A stretch of DNA of 54,670 nt. Source: Acidobacteriota bacterium. GTDB lineage: Bacteria > Acidobacteriota > UBA6911 > RPQK01 > JBHHYX01. How positions within the stretch are numbered: the first letter of the stretch is position 1; the number at the start of each line of letters is the position of its first letter. Location: NCBI GenBank assembly GCA_046757765.1, contig JBHHYX010000001.1, positions 1-54,670 on the forward strand, written 5' to 3'. The notes below the pieces were generated by a model. That model worked only from the letters and a program-made list of their open reading frames with translations, did not search any database and was not told the origin of the DNA. Position numbers and translations under genes: made by a program. Shown one piece after another: positions 46,170 to 54,670 of the stretch.

Positions 46170-49100
46170 TCAGATTTTGACCAGGTTGTGGCTGCGGCCT
46201 TCCAGCCACTCGTAGACCATGGGCAGGATCACGATCTTGATGGGACGGGTGACCAGGCCGCCCACCACCACGATTGCCAGCGGCTTCTCGATTTCAGCAC
46301 CCGTACCGGTGGAAAAGATAAAGGGGAGCAGGCTGATGCTGCCGATGAGGGCGCTCAGAAGCTCGGCCCGCAAGCGCGTGCCGGCGCCCTGGATGACGGC
46401 ATCATGGAGGGCCATCCCGCCGGCCCGCAACTTATTGATGTAGGCCACCATCACCATGGCGTTCTGGACAGCCACGCCGAAGACGGCAATGAATCCCACA
46501 ATGGCGGGAACGCTCAACGGAAAACCCGAAAGCATCAGGAATGCCGTGCTTCCAACCAGGGCGACCGGGATGTTGAAGACAATTGTGAGCGTATTGCGCA
46601 AAGAATCAAAACAGGAAAAAATCAGCACAAACACCAGCACCAGGGCAACCGGAATGGCGATCAGGAAGCGGCTGACGGCATGTCTCTCGTTCTGAAACTG
46701 CCCTCCCCAGGTAATGAAGTAGCCTGGGGGGAGGGTGACCGTCCGGGCCACGGCTGCCTGGGCGTCGTTGACAAAGCCCCCGATATCCCGCTTACTCACA
46801 TTGCACATGACGACGATGCGACGCAGGGAGTTCTCTCGACTGATCACCGAAGCCCCGCTGGAAAGTTGAAACCTGGCCAGTTGGCCCAGCGGGACACGGG
46901 TTCCGATGGGAGCTGAGACCAGGATATCGGACAGCTTCTCCACCTGGTCGCGAAAACTTTTCTTCATCCGAACAAAGATGGCAAAGCGGCGTTGGCCTTC
47001 CAATACCTCACCGGCTTCGTCTCCACCCACAGCAATCTTGACCACCTCCAACACCTCGGCCACGTTGAGCCCATAGCGGGCAATGGCATTGCGGTCGAGC
47101 AGAATTTCCAGGTGCTCCTCACCGGCCACCTGCTGCACGCTGAGGTCTTCGACGCCCGTAATTCCGGAGAGGGACCGGCGCACCTCTTCCGAAAGGCGCA
47201 GCAGAGTCTCCTGGTCTTCGCCGAAGATCTTAACCGCAATCTGGGCGTTGATCCCCGAGATCAGTTCGTCGTTGCGAGTCTCAATCACCTGAGAAAAATT
47301 GAATCGGATTCCCGGAAACCCCTTCACTGCGTCGCGCATCCTGTTCACCAGTTCCTCTTTCGTCTGGGCCGTAGTCCATTCGCTCTTCGCTCTCAGGCGA
47401 ACGTACAGTTCGTCGTTGCTCACGCTCTCGGGGTCCCCGCCCAGCTCAGCGCGGCCGATCTTGGCCACTACGGTGACGACTTCAGGGAAGGCCAGAAACG
47501 TCTTTTCAATCTGACTGGACACCTCCAGTGCCCGGTTCAGTGAAATGCTGGGCGGCAGAGTGGCCCGCACCAGCAGATTGCCTTCGTCGATGGTGGGCAA
47601 GAACTCGCTGCCCAGGAAGAAGAAATCGGCCCCACTCCACCCGATCAGCGCAACGGCAATGCTCAAAGTCGCCACTCGGTGAGCGATCGACCATTCGAGA
47701 ACCGGAATATAGATGCCCTTGGCCCAACGCAGGAAGGGATTGACACGCGGCGGACGCTTCTTGGAGCGCAGCCAAAGAGCGCACAGCAAAGGCGCAATGC
47801 AAAGCGCCATCAGCACAGAGCCGATCATCGAGAAGGTAACGGCATAGGCCAATGGCTTGAACAACTTACCCTCGATGCCCTGCAACGTGAAAACCGGAAC
47901 AAATACGGAGACGATGATCAGGATGGCGAAGAGAATGGGCCCGCCGATCTCCTGGCTTGCCGCCAGAACGGTGGATGGGACGGAGGCCTTCGGGTGCTCC
48001 TCCAGGTGGCGGTAGATATTTTCGACCATGACGACCGTGGCATCCACCATCATGCCGATGCTGATGGCCAAACCTCCCAGGGAAGTCAGGTTGAGAGAAA
48101 CATCGGCGCCCCACATGAGAATGAAGGCGAGCAGCATGCAGATGGGAATACCGGAGGCGGCAATCACGGAACTGCGGAAGTTGCCGAGCAGAAAAAGCAG
48201 GATCAGCAACACCAGCAACTCTCCTTCAAGCAGCGACTCCACCACCGTGTGAAGGCTGTTTTCGATCAGTTTTGACTGGTCGTAGTAGTCGACAATTCGT
48301 ACCCCTGCGGGCAAGGACCGGTTGATCTCGACGACCTTTTGTTCGATTCGGTCGATGACTTGTTTCGTGTTCTCGCCAATCCGTTTGAGCACGATACCGG
48401 TGACGACCTCACCCCGCCCGTCCTTGGAGACAGCCCCCTGCCGGATTTCATTTCCGACTCTCACCGAAGCCACGTCTTTCACCCGAATCGGGCTTCCTTG
48501 ACGCGACTCCAGCACAACCTCCCCAATATCTCCGACGTCCTGGATCAGGCCGATGCCCCGTACGATGTACTGTTGATCACCGTGCTCGATGAAGTTGGCA
48601 CCGGCATTCTGGTTGTTGGCCGCCAGGGCTTCAAAGAGGACGTTGAGAGGGATGTTGTAGTTGACCAGAGCCCGCTGGTCGACGATGACTTGATACTGCT
48701 TGACGTTTCCTCCAAAGCTCAAAACGTCCGCCACCCCGGGAACCGTCCGCAGTTGGAGCTTGACGATCCAGTCCTGGAGGGTACGCAGCTCGCGAAGGCT
48801 CCTCCCCGGGCCCACGATTTGGTAGAGATAGACTTGACCGGTTCCCGTGGTGATGGGCCCCATCTCCGGCTCAAAACCCTGCGGGATTCGACTTCTGGCC
48901 AGGGACAGACGTTCAAACACCTGGGCTCGGGCAAAGTAGATGTCGATGTCGTCGCGAAAATAGACGGTGACGACGGAGAGGCCGAATTTTGAAATGGACT
49001 GGACCCGGACAACCCCGGCAATTCCGTTCATTACATTCTCAATGGGAAAAGTGATGAGCTGTTCCACCTCCTGGGGCGCCAGGCCGGGCGCCTCCGTCCC

Positions 49101-49247
49101 GATTTCGACCTGCACGGGGGTCACATCGGGAAAGGCGTCGACGTTCAAGTTGAAGAGGGCCCAGCACCCCCCTCCGACCACCAGCGCCAACAGAAAGGCA
49201 ACCAGCAGCCGTTCTCGGAAGAAAAAAGCAATCACTCTATTCGTCAT
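46170..49247 (-). CDS. Heavy-metal efflux RND transporter, CusA/CzcA family
   Basis: 1025 aa with the N-terminus FFFRERLLVAFLLALVVGG...NLNVDAFPDVTPVQVEI, typical of HME-RND pumps. It has a 12-TM architecture with two large periplasmic loops. Confidence 0.95.
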   Translation of the reverse strand: MTNRVIAFFFRERLLVAFLLALVVGGGCWALFNLNVDAFPDVTPVQVEIGTEAPGLAPQEVEQLITFPIENVMNGIAGVVRVQSISKFGLSVVTVYFRDDIDIYFARAQVFERLSLARSRIPQGFEPEMGPITTGTGQVYLYQIVGPGRSLRELRTLQDWIVKLQLRTVPGVADVLSFGGNVKQYQVIVDQRALVNYNIPLNVLFEALAANNQNAGANFIEHGDQQYIVRGIGLIQDVGDIGEVVLESRQGSPIRVKDVASVRVGNEIRQGAVSKDGRGEVVTGIVLKRIGENTKQVIDRIEQKVVEINRSLPAGVRIVDYYDQSKLIENSLHTVVESLLEGELLVLLILLFLLGNFRSSVIAASGIPICMLLAFILMWGADVSLNLTSLGGLAISIGMMVDATVVMVENIYRHLEEHPKASVPSTVLAASQEIGGPILFAILIIVSVFVPVFTLQGIEGKLFKPLAYAVTFSMIGSVLMALCIAPLLCALWLRSKKRPPRVNPFLRWAKGIYIPVLEWSIAHRVATLSIAVALIGWSGADFFFLGSEFLPTIDEGNLLVRATLPPSISLNRALEVSSQIEKTFLAFPEVVTVVAKIGRAELGGDPESVSNDELYVRLRAKSEWTTAQTKEELVNRMRDAVKGFPGIRFNFSQVIETRNDELISGINAQIAVKIFGEDQETLLRLSEEVRRSLSGITGVEDLSVQQVAGEEHLEILLDRNAIARYGLNVAEVLEVVKIAVGGDEAGEVLEGQRRFAIFVRMKKSFRDQVEKLSDILVSAPIGTRVPLGQLARFQLSSGASVISRENSLRRIVVMCNVSKRDIGGFVNDAQAAVARTVTLPPGYFITWGGQFQNERHAVSRFLIAIPVALVLVFVLIFSCFDSLRNTLTIVFNIPVALVGSTAFLMLSGFPLSVPAIVGFIAVFGVAVQNAMVMVAYINKLRAGGMALHDAVIQGAGTRLRAELLSALIGSISLLPFIFSTGTGAEIEKPLAIVVVGGLVTRPIKIVILPMVYEWLEGRSHNLVKI

Positions 49248-49252
49248 GATCT

Positions 49253-50479
49253 CTAAAATTCGTTGCCGGAGGCGGGACCCTGCCGCCGACTTTGCTCGAG
49301 CAGCAGATAGTTTCCCTTGATTACCACTTTGTCGCCCTCCCTCAGCCCTTTTCGAATCTCGACCTTGTCTCCTTCCTGAATTCCCGTCAGGACGGCGCGC
49401 TTCTGGTAGCCGCCATCGGACCAGACAAAGACGACGCTGGCGGCTCCATCATTGAGAACAGCGCCCCGCGGCACGGCCAGAGTCGCGCGCTTTAGCCGGG
49501 TTTCGATCTGAATATCCGCGAACATGCCCAGCTTGAGTTTTCCCACCGGGTTGGGGACCTCGGTGCGCACCTTGACGGTTCGCGTTTCCGCATCCACCAA
49601 AGGAGAGATGAAAATGACGCGTCCTGAAAAGCTCTGGCCCGGATAAGCCGAGACGCTCACTTTGACGGATTGGCCCAAGCTGACCCTGGCCACATCCTTT
49701 TCGAAGACATCGGCATCGATCCAGACGCGGGAGGGGTTCACGATCTTGAACACATTGGCATCGGCACCCACGGTGGCGCCGATGGTGGCATTCCGTTCCA
49801 CCACCACGCCGGCGATGGGCGAGAGCAGCGAAAAGGTGGCTTCCAGATTCGGCGAGTCGTGGAAAGCCTCGATCAGGGCAGGGCTCAGGCCCAGGATGAG
49901 CAAACGCCGCCGAGCCGCCTCCAGAGCCGCCCCAGCCGAAGCCAGGGAGTTCTCGGCATTCGACTTGGCAACCTCCAGGTCCCGTTCGGCGGCCAGCAGA
50001 TTCTTTCTGGCCGTGATGGTTTTCTTGTAGAGAAGCTGTGTTCGATCGTAAGTGGACTGAGCCAGCTTCACTTCGGATTCCGACACGCGACGGGCATTTT
50101 CGCGATCGGCCAGAGCGCGCAGATAATCCGCCTTGGCCTCGTCGATGTCGGCCGATTCCAAATCGGCCAATCTTTGACCCCGTTTCACTCGGCTCCCCTG
50201 CCCCACATAAAACTTCACCAGGCGGCCCTCGTGCACCGGTCCAATGACCGCGACTCGGTCCTCCGGAATCCGAATGCTCCCGGTGGCCGCAATGAGCGGG
50301 GAGAGCACGGAAGAGGTGACGGTCTGGGTTTCAATGGTGGAGCTGAACGGATCAGGGGTGGGGTCCAGGCCCTGGACCTCGCTCCCGGCTCGGTCAGTCT
50401 GCTCTGAGGAGGTACACCCGGCGGTGACAATGCAGGCCAGGAAAAGAGCATTTCGACAGTTCTTACAGCACATCGTCAT
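49253..50479 (-). CDS. Efflux RND periplasmic adaptor (membrane fusion protein, CzcB/CusB-like)
   Basis: Lipoprotein-like N-terminus (LACIVTAGC). It has a lipoyl/barrel-sandwich domain and a coiled-coil hairpin. It ends 6 nt before the RND pump start. Confidence 0.88.
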   Translation of the reverse strand: MTMCCKNCRNALFLACIVTAGCTSSEQTDRAGSEVQGLDPTPDPFSSTIETQTVTSSVLSPLIAATGSIRIPEDRVAVIGPVHEGRLVKFYVGQGSRVKRGQRLADLESADIDEAKADYLRALADRENARRVSESEVKLAQSTYDRTQLLYKKTITARKNLLAAERDLEVAKSNAENSLASAGAALEAARRRLLILGLSPALIEAFHDSPNLEATFSLLSPIAGVVVERNATIGATVGADANVFKIVNPSRVWIDADVFEKDVARVSLGQSVKVSVSAYPGQSFSGRVIFISPLVDAETRTVKVRTEVPNPVGKLKLGMFADIQIETRLKRATLAVPRGAVLNDGAASVVFVWSDGGYQKRAVLTGIQEGDKVEIRKGLREGDKVVIKGNYLLLEQSRRQGPASGNEF

Positions 50480-50487
50480 GATCCCCC

Positions 50488-51756
50488 TTACTTCACCAGA
50501 GTGGTGGCGGTGGCGAGCTCCAGGTCGAGCAAAGACATTTGATAGTCAAAAAGCGTGTCATAGTAACCGGATTGGGTTTCTCGACGAGTACGGACGGCGT
50601 CGAGAAGATCCAGGACGGAGGCTTCGCCTGCCTGGTAGGAGTCCTCGGTGAGCTTCTGGATCTCGTCCAGTCGGCTCAGTACCCCGGAACGATAGGTCTC
50701 GACCCGCTCTTTTTGAATTTCGAACAAGGCCAGGGCCTTGTCCACGTCACTGAGGATGTTGTTGGTAACAATCCTCTCTTCATTCCGGGCACGCCTCTTC
50801 TGGATGAGAGCTTTGGCCCTCTCCCCCTGATTGCGATCAAAAATGGGCAGGCTGATCCCGCCTCCAAAGTCATAGGTGTTGTCGGGTCCATTTCTTTTGT
50901 AACCCCATTCCAGGGTCAAGTCGGGAATCCGCAGCGCCCTCTGGAGGCGAATGTCGGCATCTGCCGCCGCCTCTCTTCGGCGCCCCGCTCGTAGATCCGG
51001 CCGCGCTTCCAGCGCCTTCCTCTCAAGCTCGGAAAGGGAGAATTGATAAGGGCGGTCATCCAGCTTTCCCTCCACCGCGAAGTCCATTCTCCGATAGTCA
51101 CCCCCCAGCGCCAGGCGCAGGTCGCGCAGCGCCAGTTGGAAGTCGCCGCGGGCATTGGCCACATCAATGTCAAACTTGAGCTTCTCCATTTCCAAACGGC
51201 GAAGATCGAGACCTGAGATTTCGCCCAATTGGAAGCGCTGCCTGTTGTCCTCCAGAATGTCGGCGAAAGTCTTCTGGTTGGCTTCGGCCAGCTCCCGCTT
51301 GGACTGGGCCAGCACGAGGCGGAAAAACTTTCGCTTGAAGTCATTGGTCAGCTGCCACATGGTGGCTTCGAACTCCGCCTCAGCTACCTTGGCATGGGCG
51401 CCGGCGCTATCCATACGCTTCCTCCGCTTTCCACCCAGTTCCAGGGTGTAGCCCAACACGGGAGCAATTTCCTGTTGCTGGAAAAACTTGCCCCCAAAAT
51501 CGGTGGGCAGGTCCTCCGCCTCGAGGCTGAACTCCGGGTTGGGTCTCAGGCGGGCGCTCAACTTTTCCGCTTCGGCGGTCTCGACATCAAACCTGGCCGC
51601 GACCAGGAACAGGTTTTCCCGCAAGAAGAGGGACACTGCTTCGGACAGGGTCAGGGACTTCCTTTTCGGGGCCGGAGTCGGCCGCCGTGCGGTTTGCGCC
51701 GAGCAGAGGCTCTCGGCCAGGCACAGAACACAAACAAACAAGGCAATTCGTCTCAT
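50488..51756 (-). CDS. TolC-family outer-membrane efflux protein (CzcC/CusC-like)
   Basis: 422 aa with a signal peptide MRRIALFVCVLCLAESLCSAQ. It has two OEP-type repeats and is the first gene of the CBA operon. Confidence 0.88.
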   Translation of the reverse strand: MRRIALFVCVLCLAESLCSAQTARRPTPAPKRKSLTLSEAVSLFLRENLFLVAARFDVETAEAEKLSARLRPNPEFSLEAEDLPTDFGGKFFQQQEIAPVLGYTLELGGKRRKRMDSAGAHAKVAEAEFEATMWQLTNDFKRKFFRLVLAQSKRELAEANQKTFADILEDNRQRFQLGEISGLDLRRLEMEKLKFDIDVANARGDFQLALRDLRLALGGDYRRMDFAVEGKLDDRPYQFSLSELERKALEARPDLRAGRRREAAADADIRLQRALRIPDLTLEWGYKRNGPDNTYDFGGGISLPIFDRNQGERAKALIQKRRARNEERIVTNNILSDVDKALALFEIQKERVETYRSGVLSRLDEIQKLTEDSYQAGEASVLDLLDAVRTRRETQSGYYDTLFDYQMSLLDLELATATTLVK

Positions 51757-51809
51757 CGATTGCCTCCTTTATGAGAAGGTATTGGGTGCTGGATGTAAGA
51801 GCGGAGAGA

Positions 51810-52157
51810 CTAGTTGGCCCGACTCGGCGGAGCGCGTTTGCGCACCCCTTCGAGGAACCGGGAACCTGCCGGGGCTGACCTGGAAAGATCTAGGAAAGTA
51901 TTGGATTGCAACCCCAGGATGAGCTGTCTGCCAGAGGGAGTCGAGGCCGAAATATTGGGGTGCGCAACCAAACAGCTGTGGCAATCATGAACGTGGTTGG
52001 AAGAGAAGGACAACTGGTAACTGCCCGGACCAGCAAGATCGGAGTGGAGAGCTGCTTCGCGGATTCGGTGAGAAGTGCCCAGCTCCTGGCTCCCCAGAAA
52101 ATGGACACTGACCACGAGGAGCAACAGGGGATAACCCAAAAGCCGTTGAAGTTTCAT
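51810..52157 (-). CDS. Possible small secreted His/Cys-containing protein upstream of the efflux operon
   Basis: ORF 51810..52175 trimmed to the ATG at 52157 (MKLQRLLGYPLLLLVVSVHFLG...HVHDCHSCLVAHPN). Only position and the signal-like N-terminus support it. Confidence 0.3.
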   Translation of the reverse strand: MKLQRLLGYPLLLLVVSVHFLGSQELGTSHRIREAALHSDLAGPGSYQLSFSSNHVHDCHSCLVAHPNISASTPSGRQLILGLQSNTFLDLSRSAPAGSRFLEGVRKRAPPSRAN

Positions 52158-52411
52158 CTTCCGGCAAGGCGCCATATCGCGCTCAGTTTAACAAAAACAA
52201 CTGGAAAGGGAAAAATCTTCCGTCACTCGAGGCATTCGCGCTGTAGATGTTTTCAGCCTGACGGCTTCAGGGAATCTGATCGGGTTGTGGCCGACAGGAG
52301 GCTCAAGTCGCCACCGGTACAAGGATGTCCGATCAGTTCACCTGTTTCCACCCTTTTCGCGCTCTTTCAAAAACACTACTCCGTATCGCGCCAGCTACGC
52401 CGCCGGCCGTT

Positions 52412-52468
52412 GCCATCGACGGCAATTGCGATTGCGAACCCGATTCCGATACCGAGGAAGACGCGGCC
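52412..52468. repeat. R3 hexamer-periodic element, copy 2
   Basis: GCCATCGACGGCAATTGCGATTGCGAACCCGATTCCGATACCGAGGAAGACGCGGCC. On the reverse strand it shows a 6-nt periodicity of the type ATCGNN. Confidence 0.7.
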
Positions 52469-52909
52469 ACCGGTCCTCTGGGGCTTCCACATCAACCCCA
52501 TTCAGGCGCCGGGATGAGAAGTCCTGGAGCAAGAAGGAGGAGATATCGATCAAGCCGATCCGTCAACTCGATCTGCGCCCCCGCCGGGGCTTCAGGTCAA
52601 GCCTGGCCTGCATGGCGAGATGTGGACGAGGGCACGGGTTAGATAGGGACGCAACCGGAGCTGTTGTGAAAAAGCGCGGCAGTGTCGCCGGCAGTTCCAG
52701 ATTGGGAGGGATGGGAGAGAAGATAGAGGGGGGCGGGGGGCTTGCTCGCTCTTTTGGCTTGATTGGCGACAGGAGCAAAGAAAGGGGTTGGATGGTCGTG
52801 TTGCCGCCAGAAGTTTTCTCTTCCAGCCCAGTCTAGATGTAACCTCATCGGGCTTGAAGCGTTCTCCCTCCCCTTGCGCGAGTCCTCGGAAAGCATCGCC
52901 TCTTTGGTC

Positions 52910-54133
52910 TCAACGAAAGAGAAAGAATCCTAAAGCTGTATTGAGGATTATTGGGTTGTTCGAGCCCCCCATTGGCAGCGCGAGGAGATGACGAAACCGA
53001 ACTGGTTGATCGGCTCCGGTACGGCTCAGCTTGAGTGTCCTTTGCTTTTGAAGCTGAGTCGAATCCACCCACACGGCATTCCTGGCGAGTTCCTCAGGCG
53101 TCAACTGCGCCGGACCTAAGAATCCGGCGGCGCCGAAAAGGTGCCGGGTGGCCGGAGAAATGCCGAAAACGACGACTTCCCGGCCCACGGCCATCGTTGA
53201 GCGCTGCTTGGCTTGGCTGACCACATGCAGCAGAACCAGAGAAGGGGGAGAGAGGGAGGACATCCCCACGAAATAAACTCTTTGACCGGCAAGGTTCGGG
53301 TAAAGTTCCAGCCGGGCCATCCCGACGTCAAGATCTGCCAGAGCCGAATTGAAGCGTCGAAAATTGATCACGTGGTATGAGGGGACCACGATCTCGTTGT
53401 GCCCATCACCATCAAAGTCAATCACCTGAAGTCCCTCCCACCCCTCGGCTGGGGCCAGGAAATTCAGCTGTGGGTTCAATTCCTCGTTCTTATAGCTCAG
53501 AAGGATGACTCGAACAAAGGAAAATCCGTGCTGAGTGCGGCCAGCATGAGCGGAGACCAGAATCTCGTTGCTTCCGTTATTGGTCACGTCTCCAACGGCA
53601 ATCAAATAGCCCCGCTCTGTGAAGGGCCTCGTGGAGAGAGGGCTTCCCGGCCGCATGACTTCGTTGCTGTCGAGCTGGGACGCGGTCCCGACTCTGCCGT
53701 AGAGTCCCCAGCGTACCCTGACCTGGACTTCCCGCAATGTCGAGGGGTTGAGAGAACAGACATAAAGAAACCGGTTTGTCAGCAGCAGCAATTCTGTCTG
53801 TTGATCTTCATCCACGTCGGCCAGAAGACCGAAGTTAACGAATTCATCAAGGGCTGGAATCTCTGTGACTCCCTCCAGTCGGATTGAGCCTGGCGACTGA
53901 CCAGTCTCTTCCACGCGTGCCAGAAAAGATCGCCGAAACGTTGTGTCCTCAAAAACGACAACGTTGTCACCGGTCTCGGCCAGCCGAGAGACGGAGAGGA
54001 CGTTGAACCCGGCCGTGAAACCTTCTTTCACGACCTCAAGGTTTTCAGTGATTCGTGCCCCGGCAAGCCGAAGCGGACAGAGTAGACAGAGAACTGTTGT
54101 GATTTGAGCCAGAGAAGTTATTGCTTTCACCAT
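52910..54133 (-). CDS. Secreted FG-GAP/VCBS-like repeat protein
   Basis: Signal-like N-terminus. It has Ca-binding-type repeat loops GDVTNNGSNEILVS and DFDGDGHNEIVV. Confidence 0.6.
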   Translation of the reverse strand: MVKAITSLAQITTVLCLLCPLRLAGARITENLEVVKEGFTAGFNVLSVSRLAETGDNVVVFEDTTFRRSFLARVEETGQSPGSIRLEGVTEIPALDEFVNFGLLADVDEDQQTELLLLTNRFLYVCSLNPSTLREVQVRVRWGLYGRVGTASQLDSNEVMRPGSPLSTRPFTERGYLIAVGDVTNNGSNEILVSAHAGRTQHGFSFVRVILLSYKNEELNPQLNFLAPAEGWEGLQVIDFDGDGHNEIVVPSYHVINFRRFNSALADLDVGMARLELYPNLAGQRVYFVGMSSLSPPSLVLLHVVSQAKQRSTMAVGREVVVFGISPATRHLFGAAGFLGPAQLTPEELARNAVWVDSTQLQKQRTLKLSRTGADQPVRFRHLLALPMGGSNNPIILNTALGFFLFR

Positions 54134-54636
54134 GCCCCGTGAATCCTCGTCGCGTTGTTAAAATCCGGCTCAGCAATGCGCTCAACGAAATTCGTGCCGG
54201 CCATCGCGTTGAAAATGGCTTGGTTTTCCGCCACCGTCAAACCGTCCATATCGACTGCTGTCCCCTTCACATGAAAGCTGTTTTGGACTCCACCGACTCT
54301 CTGGTTTGCGGCAGGGTTTCGATAGCCGCTACTGAGGGGAATAGCGGCTCCAAAGTTTGTGCGAGTAGCGTTAAAGCCTGTGCACAGGCTGCTTCTCAGA
54401 ATGAACCAGCTGAAGTCGTCATCCTGGGTGTACTCCGAAAGCGCGATGTTCTGGCAGTTGATACTCTGCGTAAAATCAGAACAGCCAGGGGTAAAGTTCA
54501 CCCCAAAATCGACGTACTCCTGGATGATCTGATCCCGCTGATCCCCGCAATTAACCTGCACCGGCTCAGGAGGCTGATAGACCACGGGAAAGGGCTCGGC
54601 TGTGCAGGTGGAGAGGTTGCACAGGAGTCTCTCCAT
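54127..54636 (-). CDS. Peptidase M15 / D-Ala-D-Ala carboxypeptidase-like (Hedgehog/DD-peptidase fold) protein; may extend past the window end
   Basis: SGYRNPAANQRVGGVQNSFHVKGTAVDM matches the SGYR...N...GG...S.H..G.A.D zinc-site pattern. The reading frame stays open from 54636 to the window edge. Confidence 0.6.
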   Translation of the reverse strand: MERLLCNLSTCTAEPFPVVYQPPEPVQVNCGDQRDQIIQEYVDFGVNFTPGCSDFTQSINCQNIALSEYTQDDDFSWFILRSSLCTGFNATRTNFGAAIPLSSGYRNPAANQRVGGVQNSFHVKGTAVDMDGLTVAENQAIFNAMAGTNFVERIAEPDFNNATRIHGAW

Positions 54637-54670
54637 CTCCAGGTGGCCGGTGATCTGGCAGCTTCCGGCG

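Overview
This is a 54.7-kb, GC-rich window, and almost every credible gene is on the minus strand. I recognised no rRNA, tRNA, CRISPR array, transposase or integrase.

Layout:
- 1-5.1 kb: housekeeping genes. These are a LolA-like lipoprotein-sorting protein, a PfkB sugar kinase, RadC and NAD-dependent DNA ligase LigA.
- About 5.4-39 kb: one very large same-strand extracellular polysaccharide (Wzx/Wzy-type) locus.
  - Core machinery: Wza-like exporter, Wzc-like co-polymerase/tyrosine kinase, initiating sugar-phosphate transferase, one GT2 and two GT4 glycosyltransferases, Wzx flippase, and a Wzy/O-antigen-ligase-like polymerase.
  - Accessory genes: polysaccharide deacetylase, ATP-grasp enzyme, a lyase-like protein and two large secreted proteins.
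  - Control: a sigma54 enhancer-binding protein sits at 39.4-40.8 kb. A textbook sigma54 promoter sits at 38983-38998.
- 41-54.7 kb: an orphan gene, exonuclease III, the F0 ATP synthase operon (atpZ/I/B/E/F), a CzcCBA/CusCBA-type heavy-metal RND efflux operon, an FG-GAP-like secreted protein and an M15-like peptidase.

Unusual content of the polysaccharide locus:
- A kinase/nucleotidyltransferase/methyltransferase-like module is present. Three of its domain types each occur once free and once fused.
- A structured repeat is present in five copies, confined to intergenic gaps. It carries a conserved 25-26-codon mini-ORF with a Shine-Dalgarno-like (SD) box.
- Three paralogous small coiled-coil proteins lie near the two ends of the locus.
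- Several further short repeat and motif families are present.

All family assignments rest on motif recognition by eye. No database search was run.
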